A stretch of DNA of 64,000 bases from Haliotis rubra. Taxonomy: Eukaryota. The stretch spans positions 1,302,001 to 1,366,000 of the forward strand of contig NW_025765969.1 of the NCBI RefSeq assembly GCF_003918875.1, written 5' to 3'. Shown here piece by piece: positions 13,172-25,675 of the stretch. The notes beneath the pieces were generated by a model. It worked only from the letters and a program-made list of their open reading frames with translations, ran no database searches and was not told the DNA's origin. The translations under genes and the position numbers were made by a program. Positions within the stretch are counted from its first letter, which is position 1. The number at the start of each line of letters is the position of its first letter.

Positions 13172-13542
13172 TCAGTTGAGTTTGCTCGCAATATGGACGG
13201 GACATGATCGAAGGTGCTTAAACAAGCCCGGCTGGTATTTGTACACCTTGCCACAAATACAGGAAAATGTTTTTTTCTCATGAACAGATTCCACATGATA
13301 CTTCCTAGCATTGGGAGTTGCAAATGTCTTGACGCACTCAAAACATGGATATTTTATTTCATGGATGGCTAGAGATGAACTCTCAGTTTGAAGCCTATGA
13401 AGAACATTCTGATCAAAGTCAAAGTACATTGGCAAGTTTTGAGGAGGATTTGTAAGGAACTGTTCTTGTTTGGGGGTCCTCCAGATAGTTTCAGGCTCGG
13501 TTACAGAACTGGCAGCTCTGTTTCCGCCCAAACAACTCGTAT
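13172..13542 (-). CDS. Gene A variable terminal exon A4, zinc-finger pair
   Basis: Acceptor tttttgttactttcag, phase 1; CFEC...HVESVH...CIC...HLRSC. Confidence 0.85.
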
Positions 13543-14059
13543 CTGAAAGTAACAAAAAGGCTGTGCTAATTTGCCTAAGTTTCACTGACTAAAATTCAAA
13601 GACAGCAGATGTGATCATGTCTTTCAAAAGCGTACTACAGTTTCAGATGATAGTCATTATAAAAAAAAAAGATGACTCATTCAGTAAGATTCCCAAATTA
13701 TACACCACCGCCAGCTGATCCAGACTTGCTTTTCCATGGTTTTTGACACCTTGAACATGTGACAAAAGACGAGTTGAAACAGTACAAGTATGACTGTTAG
13801 CCAACGAATAAACTCTAACATGACTCTGACATAGGAGCACCCTTAAAGGTATAATGCCACTAATATTAAGAGAAGTATCAAGGCACTGGAATAGTTCTTC
13901 ATTGGCTGCAATGAACTTAGGTCTTCTCCACTGGGCTTCACTATTTCTTTGTCTGATTTGCAAACTCAAAACCACTCATCCGCACATCTCAAAACTTGTG
14001 AATCAGTTACACTCATACGTTGTTCAAAATAAATTCAAGGTCCTTGTGATAGGAACAAC

Positions 14060-14403
14060 TTAATCGCCCTGCTCAATCTGAGCCTTGTACATGGAACATG
14101 ATTTTCGGTGATAAAACAGTCCAGTTCTGTACTTGTAAGACCTCCCACAAACACACACAAATGTAATGTTATCATGAATGGCTTCTTTGTGGTAATTCAA
14201 AGCGCAGGGATCTTGGAATATTTTTTCACACTTTGGACAGGGATATTGCTTTTTAGGCGGTTTCAGTTTCAACTTTTTATGCTGCACAATCGAATTATCC
14301 ATAGCATTCATGGACATGACAGGAACACAATTCTGAGCTTGGGCCAGGTTAAAAGACCACTCTTGTGTAAGTTTGTTCAGTCGAGCCATTTGGTCCTGAC
14401 AAT
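14060..14403 (-). CDS. Gene A variable terminal exon A3, zinc-finger pair
   Basis: Acceptor tttttgttgggtttcag, phase 1; CPKC...HKEAIH...CVC...HRKSC. Confidence 0.85.
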
Positions 14404-14498
14404 CTGAAACCCAACAAAAAGCTGCTGAATTGTTTCATCCAACCACAAATTATCACTACGGAGAAACAAGCAACAAATCCTAACCCTCAAGAAACTGT

Positions 14499-14821
14499 TT
14501 AACTTGGCGTCTGGTGAATAATGCAAGTTCTACGATGAGAAAGAAGGCCAGTCCTGTACTTGTACACCTTCCCACATTTGCACTGAAATATCTTTTTATC
14601 ATGAATAGCTTCCCTGTGATAAGCCAACGTTCCAGAATTAGTGAAAACTTTATCACACTGCCTGCAAGGCCAGACTGTTTTCTTTGTGCGAGCAGGTTTG
14701 AGGTTCACCAAACCAGGGTACCCTAGAAAAGTGTTCTCGGCGAAGCCTAGTCTGCCATGAGAAACACCAGAACCAGCCAGATTGCCTGAAGAATGGCTCA
14801 AAAAAGCAGAACTCCAATTTC
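14499..14821 (-). CDS. Gene A variable terminal exon A2, zinc-finger pair
   Basis: Acceptor tttttgttgctttcag, phase 1; CRQC...HREAIH...CKC...HRRTC. Confidence 0.85.
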
Positions 14822-15827
14822 CTGAAAGCAACAAAAAGGTTTCTGCTAGTATTCAGTATGTAAACGTACTTTAATTTTACTTAGGAGAAAAACCAATCAA
14901 ATTTGTCAATGTCTTCAGTTTTGAGCAACATTGGAAAATGAAACTACACATGTCCCCAGTAGAATAATATGCTAAGACATTCCTGAAGAATGCATTATTT
15001 TTTAACAAGAAGCATACCTCAAAAAAGGAAGAGTAACCTCTTCAAAACCAGCTTACTTTCACTACCAATTTCCCTTGTCATATGTCATGTCATCTGTCTA
15101 TCAGCTTTAGGATTCTAAATTCTCAGTATGACCTATATATTCAAACCTGCATACCTCTTTCTGTCATCTTGAAAATGAACTATAACAAGAGTCACAAGCA
15201 GACGTTCTGTTACGTTGACAAGCGAGAACCATCAAAGGAGTAGTTTCCACTTGTACAAATTGAAATGTCATAAAAGTCGTAAATAATGTGGTAAATGAAG
15301 GTGAATCATTTTGGCCAGCTGACAATTATTTTAAGAACCCACAACTTCGACTGGAGGGTCATATCTTTTTATCAAAGGTCATATGATGTGACCTTGATTC
15401 TATGTGTCCTAAGATCTTACACAGCAAGGCACCATTTGGGGATGAATAAGATCTCATTTGAATAAGCATCATCACAGCTTCAATGCTACCCTATATCAGT
15501 TTGTTCTTGAAGAGTATATCACTACATTTACAACATCGACCAATTCCATATAAAATAGACAAAAACCAAGTCATGAGTTAGTGAGTTCTGTTTTATGCTG
15601 CTTTCAGCAATATTCCAGTAATATCATGGCAGGGGACACCAGGAATGGGTTTCACACACTGTACCCCTATGGGGAATGGATCGAACCTGTGTTTTCAGAA
15701 TGACATGCATGCGCTTTAACCATTAGACTACCGCACAGCCCCATAATAATCAAGACAAATGATTGCTAGAATCAGAGTCTACAAAACAAATCAGACCAAT
15801 GTCAGAAGCTTGCCTACCCTTCATCTA

Positions 15828-16114
15828 CTAGGATGGATTAGAGTAAGTACACATCTTCAAATGCTGGGCTAAAACCGATTTGGAGTAAAACACTCTTCCA
15901 CAAAGACAAGTGAAAATGTTCATCTTGTGCAACGTTTCTCTGTGGTCAAGCATGGCGACCGAGTCTGAGAAGACCATTGGGCACTGAGGACAAGGCCAGG
16001 TCATAACATTAGAAGATTCAGCTGCAGAATCATGTCTCAAGCCGATGCTTCCTCTCTCTAATCTGGGTTTAGTTCTGTAAACCCATGAGGAGGTGTGTAC
16101 AGATCTGGATGCAT
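15828..16114 (-). CDS. Gene A variable terminal exon A1, zinc-finger pair
   Basis: Acceptor ttgttctcctttccag, phase 1; CPQC...HRETLH...CLC...HLKMC. Confidence 0.8.
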
Positions 16115-18053
16115 CTGGAAAGGAGAACAACCTCAGCTACAGTCACATGCCTCGCCACTGTCAAATGTTCATACAAAATGATGAGCTGGTTTGGTTTTTC
16201 ACCATGTTTGAAGCAACATTCCATAACAAATACCAGCAAGTGAGTAAGTTGCTTTTTGCAATATTCAAGTAATATCACACCAGGTGACACCGAAGATGGC
16301 ATCACACATATACCCATTTGGGGAATCAAACTCGACATGACATGTGTATGCTTTAACAATACTGCTAACCCCTTCCCCAAATACCAGAAATGAGGAACAC
16401 ACTGCTATTAATATACATGTCCAATCCAGGTGGCTAACGCACATAATATGCCACTGCCATCAAATGCTAATGAATCTTTATGATATGGAACTTGAACTGC
16501 AAATTTCTTTTTGACATTCAAATAGAACAATATTTCAATATGCTTCGGGAAGATAAAAAAACAATGTCGAGTACAGCGCTCAGGTAAGAAGATCCTTTGA
16601 AACAAACCATGTATCTAAAAACTAAATAAGAGCCACTGCAGAGTCACAAGATTGACAAGGCAGTTTGCAATTCATGTCAAAGTTGACAAAACATGAATGG
16701 CTGCAGGGTTCGTTCCCTGGCTTGATGTCAGTCTTGTCAGAAGGAATGCCATCCACACAGATGTTGAGAAAGAAGACGAGAAAACAATACCACCACTCTC
16801 ACAAGAACTGAACGAACAGTTGATCTGAAATATCAATCGCTGTTGCTATTTTAAGATCCTTAAACAGTATGGTGCCAATTCTCTCCGGCCTTGCACCAAC
16901 AAATGGCAACTCTTCAAAAAGGTATGGACACAAGGTATCAAACCCACATCAACTACTTGCTCAGTTACATCAAAATTGATAGTGAAATTTATACCATCAA
17001 GAATTCTGGTTAGTCTTATTCCCACAAGGCACTTAAGCCCTGATTGAAGTTAAGATTTTGTGAAATGTGTCTACATCTGTATTCCACACAACTTGTTTCA
17101 ACTTGTCAAGACCATGCTACTACAAAACTCAACATAGCTCATGAGAACCCAAGCATCAATATTTGTGACATTAGTGTCTTTACCCTTGAGAAGCAAAGTA
17201 CAAAGTGTACCATCTCAAATAAAGTACTTCTATCTATTGTTAAATATCAGCATCAACTCTATCAACATCAATAAACCACTCTCAGGAAAACAGTATTGCT
17301 TCCTCATAAAAGCTTGATTTTTCCACATTTATTGTAAAGTTCAATATACTTCTTTGCAATATTCAACCATGTTACATCTCTGATATTTACAGAGGGTAAG
17401 AAACTTAAGTCTCTCTTTCAACTGTTACATCTTGCAGATAATCAAATAAATATAGATAGTATCAGAAAACTATCAGAATCACTGGGGGTGATGATCAAAG
17501 TAGTAATACAGTTGAATACAGCAAGATACAAAATGCTACTAAACAAGGTCACACACAATACTTCAATTTCATTAACAATTCTAAAAAACAAAATACTCCT
17601 TCAAATTTGGTCAGTCAATGAAATGGAAGTATCATATAGTGACAGATCAGATATTTGTGTGACAATGCATGCAAAAACCTATGTGTATTCAAGGTCACTG
17701 GAAAATTCTGCAAAGTAAGCCTGAATATTTTGAAATAAAAGTGACAAATTATCTGTCCTTTTCATATAGTGAGAAAGCAATCGATGTTGCTATTGGCCGA
17801 TGTACCATAGTTGACCCAATAATACAGTATACAAAGTGTAAAAAGATAGTAATAAATAATGCACATTATACAAACACCTCTATGACAAGGAAACAACCCA
17901 GAGAAGTACCAAATGCCTCCATGACCTGCTACAATAAACCTGGTGTGTGTGCTTTGCTTTGTGTCCAACTCAGGCTTGCATACATCCAAGCTCCAAAGAA
18001 TGATGTGTGAATAACGTGTAAAAGACAAACAAGAGTCATCCATTCTTGCAAAC

Positions 18054-18059
18054 TTTATT
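18054..18059 (-). terminator. Putative poly(A) signal after the last constant donor of gene A
   Basis: AATAAA followed by a GT/T-rich tract (tcttgtttgtctttt); context conserved with 29129. Confidence 0.55.
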
Positions 18060-18259
18060 TCGTAAGCAGTGCATGTGTGTTCATGTGAAAACCTTGGGTA
18101 TCTAAAACGTGGTATTATTACGTCAAGTATGGTACATCAGTAATTAAAATCTTAATTTGCAGTAATTTACCAATGTTTTGACCTGGTCTATCGTTGTTGA
18201 GCTTGAGGACGACCTACCCCAGGCCACAGTTGAGTCAGGAAGCCAGTGTGTGGACTTAC

Positions 18260-18292
18260 CTTGTGATGCCAGGAACCACGCCCCCATCATCG
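18260..18292 (-). CDS. Gene A constant mini-exon (33 nt, AMMGAWFLASQ)
   Basis: Perfect AAG|GTAAGT donor; identical to 28645-28677; symmetric phase 1-1 if the tacag acceptor is used. Confidence 0.7.
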
Positions 18293-20296
18293 CTGTACTG
18301 TGGCACTGGGTGTGTCAACATGGCAAGTGACAAGATGGATGAACTCTGACAGTCATTTCATTTTTCACTTTCCCCATATACATTAATGCCAATCCAATTT
18401 GGCCAAATCAAGACTTAGCATTGATTAATCAAACCCAAGCCCCTCCATCTTATTACTTAACTGAGTGCATGTATCTGTAGTGCTGTTTGGTGCTTGAATT
18501 ATCTTACTTTAACTTGAAAATAGCACCAGAAAAATTACTCAAGTTACTCATAATGCATGCACGTTTAAAATATCTTTAGTGAATCTGAGCCTGTGTTGGA
18601 TCATTGACAGTATTTGCATCAAGAATATACAAGCTCAATTTGAAAAACGGGGGGAAGACCAAGGGAGACAACTCTTGTGGGGTTAAGACAACAGGAAGTC
18701 AATGTTGAAGCCATTTCGGATTGAGCGTGACAAAAGCTTTTGTTATCTTTCAGAGCACTGATGACAATAAATGCTGCCATTTGCCATCTCAATTCATTAA
18801 CAATAATGGATAGATACCAACAAGATACTGAACTGCCAATCTTTAGTGATAACACCCCTTTCAAGTTTCAGAAGCAATCTTGGTGCTAGCTAGTTGCAGA
18901 TAACTATGGTATTGAACTGAAAGAACTAATTGAAACCTTTCTGGCACAAAAAACCCTATTTCTTCAGTTGCACTAAAGATTTTCAGATACTTCCAATAAT
19001 GATGTACATAAATTAATATGTTCTGGTGGCCTATTTATCACCAGCAAATGAGAAAGGTACATTTAACTTCAAATTTCAATTCAAGGGCCCTCAAAGTACA
19101 TTTCACAACTATCACAATGAATAGATCTTGCACATTTTTAAAAGCTCTGTCTGCACAACTCAGGAAAATGTCCAAAGATTCTTGACTACATACCATGATC
19201 AAGCACAGTTCAGATATTATAGAACTGCTGGTCAGCATGAAAAGATTGTTTTAAAAGCACGCCTTCACAAAGAATATGCCAAAATGAAACTGGTACAAGG
19301 CAAAAAGTCAGTATAGGCTGGATCTTTGGGTTAATTTGTATCCCAAACTGTCTTGTATAGGATGAAAAGCATAAAATTTATTTAGAACTACTGTACCTTT
19401 ACATCTCATATATTCCAATTAAATATTATTGTATTTCACCTTTTCCTTGACCTTGGGGCCATCAACTGTTTGAATAGTCCTTACAGAAAGGTCCCATATA
19501 TTAATGTATATTAATGCAGAGCTCTTGATGGATCAGAAAATTTGCCTTAGCCTTCAAGTTAGAGGCAATTTTTCCTAACAAGTTGACATCCTTGACAAAT
19601 TTCTAGGCCTGGTTATACTTATTACAAGACCTTTTGTCGACTATGTGGAATGGAAAATGCATATCACTATTCGTTCATATAGGGGCTGCAATATATTTAG
19701 TCTGCATCTCTTATTGACAGTTGTGTAAACCAAATGGACATTTCTAAGAAAGAAATAATGGCTTTATTCTGACGCCAAACTACAAAATTATATTTTGATT
19801 CAGAAAGAAATATGGCCTGATTGTTTATCAGTGACGAAATTTAGCCACTCGTACAGTCTGAACATCCAGGGACAATCCACCTTTCATGTCAACTAGTTAT
19901 TTGTTTTAACTATTTTGTTGCTAACTGGGATTTCTTTCGAGTTTCAATGAGTCTTGTCAGTTACAAAAAACACAAAATTTGTCTCACTGTACTACCAAAC
20001 TGAATTACGATGTATATATTCCTAGACTGGAATTCAATAGAAATTAGCTGCTGAATCCAATAGCTGCCCCTGAGCAGGTCTAGATAACCCCCTGATGTTA
20101 CATAAAGAACATTACGACTTTATGTTAAAATGTGCAACACTTCCATAAATCTTCAAAGGACATACTTGTGCTTTTCAGATAAAGATTTTGCGAAACTACT
20201 TGAAATTTTACAGCATTAGTTTTTCGTTTTTTTAGCAGAATACATTTCATGAAGAAACCAGCAGTTCTGTGAGGATGTATTTCAAAAGATAATTAC

Positions 20297-21188
20297 CGTC
20301 ATTGCTGTAATCTGCTTCGTTATCATCGCCGTCGTCATTTTCATCTTGGAATACTAAAAAGTCATCTGCACTTTGGTCACCATATCTTGCTTGACTAGTA
20401 CTGGGTTCGGCGTAATCTGGCACATGTGGAACGTTTTGATAGAAGGACGATGATGAAGAACCGGGTGATTGAGAATGTGATGATTGTGGATGAGAGAGTC
20501 GATCTAAAGCTGCCTTGGACGTTTGCGTATGAGGTACATCGGATGAATAATCTATTTGCATGTATGGAGTCTCTTTCTTTGGCACAACATCATCAGGATC
20601 ATGGTCTGGTTCTATTTCTATTAAATCTGGATCTTCTGGTTCTTGTTTCACATTCACTGGAGTGTCATTTTTGGGTTTTGATTGATGAGAGTGATTTGAA
20701 GGACTTGAACTTATTTGAGAATGTGGACGACGATGAACAGGTGATCTGGGTCTTGGAGACTCAGAAAAAGAAGTCCTACTGCTTTTTGCAGCCGGCTGTG
20801 GCATAGACACAGAACTTTCATGCAGTCTTTTGGCAGGATGTGACAAATATACTGTTTGCTGCACCGTTTGTATTGTGGACATATTATTAGAATTGTAATT
20901 ATCATTGTCATTTTCTTGAGGCATTAATGTGCGGTCCACATCAAACACAGAGAGTTTTAAAGTCTTACATTCACTCTTTGATATCATGCTTGCATTTGAC
21001 GATACTCCGTCCACTTTGAACGTTAGTTTGTTTGAGCGTAACACAACCTGCACATTGGCATCTTGCGTTGTGCCGTATGAGTTCACTGAGGCCGGGAATT
21101 CAACATTGGAAGTCGGCCCCTTTTGAAGCGAGGAAAATACATTGCACAATTCCACAGGAATCGTGAACTCTAGTGTTTCAATAAACAT
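20297..21188 (-). CDS. Gene A constant exon: unknown N-terminal domain + S/P/acidic linker of a putative transcription factor
   Basis: Paralogous to 25676-26543 from MFIETLEF onward; similarity ends at the phase-1 donor G|gtaatt; VKQE SUMO-type motif. Confidence 0.85.
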
Positions 21189-21520
21189 GTTGATTATGCA
21201 GAGGACCACAACACAAATATCACAAACCGCTTGAATTATTCCGATTAATGAGCAGTCAGACGATCGGTATATCACCGGTGATGATAAAACCTCACGTTGT
21301 AGCTGGTCGCCATTGTTTGCCAGTTTCGAGCAGGTGCGCGTTCAGAAAAAAAACACTCTTCTTGACCTACCCACAAGCCTCAATTTGAACGACTGCAAAT
21401 GTACACATTAACAGTCTTTGATATCTATTAAATGTGCTGCAAGGAAACTCGGCGACGAAATGAGTTCTTTCACGTGGTAAACTTGGTTTGTAATCTTCTT
21501 CCTGGCCACATTCAAATTTC

Positions 21521-21531
21521 ACAATGGCGGA
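21521..21531 (-). promoter_or_regulatory. YY1-like motif TCCGCCATTGT upstream of gene A
   Basis: The same 11-mer lies at a similar distance (about 330 nt) upstream of the gene B ATG. Confidence 0.45.
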
Positions 21532-22046
21532 ATCGTAGCGTCAATTAACATTCGGAGATCATCGGTAACGTCCGGCGCGCCCATAGAACACACAATGAAA
21601 GTGCGCCCGAAATGTTCCGAGTTTACCCGCCAACGGAGACGAAAAATATTTTCCTTCCAACTAGTTTAATATTTAGATAAAGGCTTCAATAATATCATAG
21701 AAAAAATACTATGTGAGGTTCCGAAAGTAACGTTCTGGGATGTTATTTTCTAGATAATTTGTTCCAGAAGAAGAAAAAGAAGAAAACTATGTGTCCTCAG
21801 GTTACACATAACAGATTACACTGTTCGCTGTACAAGCTGAATATGTTTAAAACATGTATTGTAAACAGAAAATAAGTGTAGGGGGCTTCTCGTGGACGGA
21901 AACGAATGTGAATCAATTTATCAGAGGTGTGCCAGATAAAGCCGAAATATTGTCACTGTGGCGTAACACACCTGTCACTCAAATATATAGTACCTTTAAG
22001 GCATAAATAGCCACTGTTGAATATTATATGCCTTCTATTTTCAATA

Positions 22047-22206
22047 GGGGCGGTGGGGTAGCCAAGTGGTTAAAGCGTTCGCTTGTCACGCCGAAGACCC
22101 GGGTTCGATTCCCTACATGGGTACAGTGTGTGAAGCCCATTTCTGGTGTCTCCCGCCGTGATATTGCTGGAATATTGCTAAAAGCGGCGTGAAACTAAAC
22201 TCACTC
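22047..22206 (+). mobile_element. tRNA-derived SINE family 1
   Basis: Full length, TSD tctattttcaata. Confidence 0.9.
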
Positions 22207-22587
22207 TATTTTCAATAGATATATTTGCACACAACCAACATACATTTGCACAGAAAAAAAGAGAAAAGATCTTTTTCCAAATAATGTACAACAATTGCAA
22301 CAAAACACCTTTTCCACATAGTGTACTCGAAGGATGAAGTCCCTTAAAAAGAATAACTTCAAAATATATATCTAAAAGTAAACAAGAAATTGAGCCAAAA
22401 ATAATGACTACTTAATGTAGATTGGCCAGAATATTCCATACTTCAGTTGGATATCAAGTAAATATACTTACCAGGATCAGTCAGACAGACTGCCCTTTTC
22501 ATGACAAATATGAGCTAAAACCGCCATAAACACATGCAAAGGAAAGTCAAGTGTTCATTGAACAAGCACAGATCAACTGTATAGTTA

Positions 22588-22870
22588 CTTGGACCGATCA
22601 GATCAACTTCATTCTACATGTAGTTATTTGGACCGATCAGATCAACTTTATTTTTGGTGTTTGACTGATCAGATCAACTTTTTCTAATTATTCGGACCCA
22701 TCAGATCATATGTATTCCATGCGTTGACCCATAATATCAACTTTATTCTGGGTATTTGGACCGATCAGATCAACTTTATTCAAGGTGTTTGACCGACAAG
22801 ATCAACTTTATTCTTGGAATTTGGACCAGTCAGATCAGCATCATACTATGTGTTTTTTTACCGATCAGGC
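22588..22870. repeat. Degenerate minisatellite, unit about 32-40 nt
   Basis: Recurrent ttggaccgatcagatcaacttt. Confidence 0.75.
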
Positions 22871-22883
22871 TTAATGTTCGTGA

Positions 22884-23046
22884 GGGACGGATGGGTAGCC
22901 CAGTGGTTAATGCGTTCGCTCGTCAAGCCGAAGACCTGGGTTCGATTCCCCACATGGGTACAATGTGTGAAGTCCATTTCTGGTGTCCCCCGCCATGATA
23001 TTGCTGGAATATTGCTAAAATTGGGGTAAAACCAAACTCACTCACT
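22884..23046 (+). mobile_element. tRNA-derived SINE family 1
   Basis: Aligns to family consensus. Confidence 0.85.
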
Positions 23047-23427
23047 GAAATGTTGCACAAATCAACCTCTATCAATTAGACTTACATGGTCTTTTCAGTT
23101 CCCATAACACTTTCTCTTGTAATTTTACATGCAAATATATGATGTAACTTGGACCCAATTTTATAGTCGATTTCGGTATATCTATAATCGTCGGTCAGAT
23201 GTATCACGCAAGAGGTTGAGCCCAGTAAATCTGCAAAATGTCTTGACCACTTAGTTGTATTAAAGTGGTAAGTTATTTGACCAAATTATATCGCCCATAA
23301 GACCGGGGTTAGCCTTGTATGTGTCGTCGTATCAGATATGTATGTTTCAATGTTTTCGAAAAATAGATTCATCGTTGTTTGGAAGTATCGATGTAACATT
23401 TTGATGAACTGGAAGTTTTGTAATAGA

Positions 23428-23482
<55 letters not shown>

Positions 23483-23491
23483 GTGATGATG
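23428..23491. repeat. (GAT)n microsatellite
   Basis: About 21 GAT units. Confidence 0.95.
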
Positions 23492-23732
23492 AAAGATTAA
23501 CTCAGTCAAAGTATGTCCGTGGTGCATCAAATTTGTGGAAGTTCCCACCCGTGAGCATGATTCATTTGCTCCTCAGGCCCCTATAGCAAGAAGCTCCATT
23601 GTTCCTCAAGGTTGGAGCTGACAGAATACTACAAAAATAGCTTTGGGAAAGTTCAGCTATCAATCTGATGAAACAGTAACTGTGCAGAATATTTTGTCAC
23701 TCTTCATACACAATTTCAGACGTGCAACAATG

Positions 23733-23977
23733 GGGTGAGTCAGTTTAGTTTTACGCCACACTCAGCAATATTCCAGCTATATGGCTGCGGTGTGTAAATA
23801 ATCGAGTCTGGACCAGACATTCCAGTGATCAACAGCACGAACATCGATCTGCGCAATTGGGAGCCGATGACGTGTGTCAACCAAGTCAGCGAGCCTGACC
23901 ACCCGATCCCGTTAGTAGCCTCTTACGACAAGCATGGGTTACTGAAGATCAATATTCTAACCCGGACCTTCACGGGT
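23733..23977 (-). mobile_element. SINE-like dispersed repeat family 2
   Basis: Reverse complement of 24530-24772; shares the family-1-like 3' tail. Confidence 0.8.
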
Positions 23978-24529
23978 ACAGCCGTGCAACAAATGAGACC
24001 GTTTCATCAGCCTCAGACCCGTGAAGATCCGGGTTAGAATTGATCTTCAGCAACCCATACTTGTCGTAAGAGACTACAAACGGGGTGGGTGGTCAAACTC
24101 GCTGACTTCGTTGCTCATGCTGTTGATCACTGGATTGTCTGGTCCAGAGTCGATTGTTTAAAAAGTTATATGCTGAGAATATATATATAGTCATACTTTT
24201 TAATATGCTGTTAGCGAAGGACACTATAGCTACTATATAATGACAGTACTAATCACAAAACTAGTATTAGATCAGTTTGAAATTCTATATGAGTTGTCAA
24301 CAACACAATATAAATCAGGCTCGAGATCGCCAGCAGATTCAGGTACGCGAATACACCATACATTTGTAGATATCTCTAAAAGCTTCTGTAAATCTGTACA
24401 CATGTAAACAGGTGTATTCGAATCGTCTATTATCTATGTCGTTAAGCATAAATGAACTAAAAGACAACTGCCATAAAATTTATCATTTTATGCAAATTCG
24501 ATCAACGTGTTGTTACACACAAGCATATA

Positions 24530-24772
24530 CCGTGAAGATCCGGGTTAGAATTGGTCTTCAGTAACCCATGCTTGTCGTAAAAGGCGACTAACAGGATCGG
24601 GTGGTCAGGCTCGCTGACTGGGTTGACACATGTCATTGTATCCCAGTTACGTAGATCGATGCTCATGCTGTTGGTCCCTGGATTGTCTGGTCCAGACTCG
24701 ATTATCATACAGATCGCCATCATATAGCTTGAATATTGCTGAGTGCGGCGTAAAACTAAACTCACTCAGTCA
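24530..24772 (+). mobile_element. SINE-like dispersed repeat family 2 (partial copy also at 24017-24160)
   Basis: ccgtgaagatccgggttagaa...aatattgctgagtgcggcgtaaaactaaactcactc. Confidence 0.8.
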
Positions 24773-25344
24773 CTTTAATCCGGGAAGGTGTGAACAGGGT
24801 TTTAAATGTTTTACATTCATGTTCAAATAGAACAGTATTACCCCACCACCACCAATATCAAAATACAAATAAAAATAAAATACGCTTATGCAAATTCAGT
24901 TGTACATGTGACTTGGTTACATTTGTTACTTTGATAAAGTTACACGAATACATGTATAGCTAACTTTACTTCTTAAATATGCACACTGAGCATTCGAATC
25001 GTGTGGGAAAACATCAGTGCCCAAACAATAGTTTTTGTTAAACATTAATTTAATTAAATGAATTTAACGTTTTATACTGACTTATTTCTAAAGTGTAGCC
25101 AGTGCAGTTATATCTTATTGGTTAGGTATAAATACGGTTGATTCGGCATAAATTTGATCGTATTTTGCATTAATAAGTGAAATGGACCGAACTGATTAAT
25201 TCCCCAAAATTATTTTTTGTTATTGTACATGTGCATGGATTACATTGAACTACATAAACCGACAGACGACTTCAAAACCAATTTCCAACTGTAGGATGTC
25301 GTGCGGGGAATAGTACAGGAGGAAAAGCCGGTCAAGAAGATGAA

Positions 25345-25355
25345 TCCGCCATTGT
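25345..25355 (+). promoter_or_regulatory. YY1-like motif TCCGCCATTGT upstream of gene B
   Basis: Matches the motif at 21521-21531 on the opposite strand. Confidence 0.45.
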
Positions 25356-25675
25356 TGAGAAATTTCCAGAAAATCGAAGAGCACTTGTGCAGCTGGATTG
25401 CACACTAACAGAAGATCTTTCGATGAAAATCTGCACGAACACACGATTGGGAAGCAAACGGGCGACGTTACTGTATGTGTTGTGTTTTAACTGGAACGAA
25501 AACAGGTGATTTAGCTGAAGCTTTTGTTTCGACATTCCGCGCACCTGCTTGGCGGCAAAGCTCAACATGCAATGCTATCTACACATGTGATCACCCACTG
25601 ATCCACGTGCTCAATATTACTAACATTGAAAGCATTTTGTGATATTGCTACGATTTTATTCCGACATAATCAATC

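Noticed and set aside
16625-16840. Possible extra minus-strand cassette after ttgatatttcag at about 16825
   Set aside because: The phase-1 frame hits a stop within 9 codons and no frame shows a finger motif.
21189-21275. N-terminal extension of the gene A ORF (MIYRSS...)
   Set aside because: Non-ATG start and no protein similarity to gene B upstream of MFIETLEF.
22047-22120. tRNA genes suggested by A/B boxes
   Set aside because: They are heads of a multi-copy SINE with a common body, tail and TSDs; no acceptor-stem closure.
23338-23586. Poly-Asp ORF, poly-HT ORF (61819), SINE-derived and antisense ORFs
   Set aside because: Translations of microsatellites, repeats or the reverse strand of real exons.
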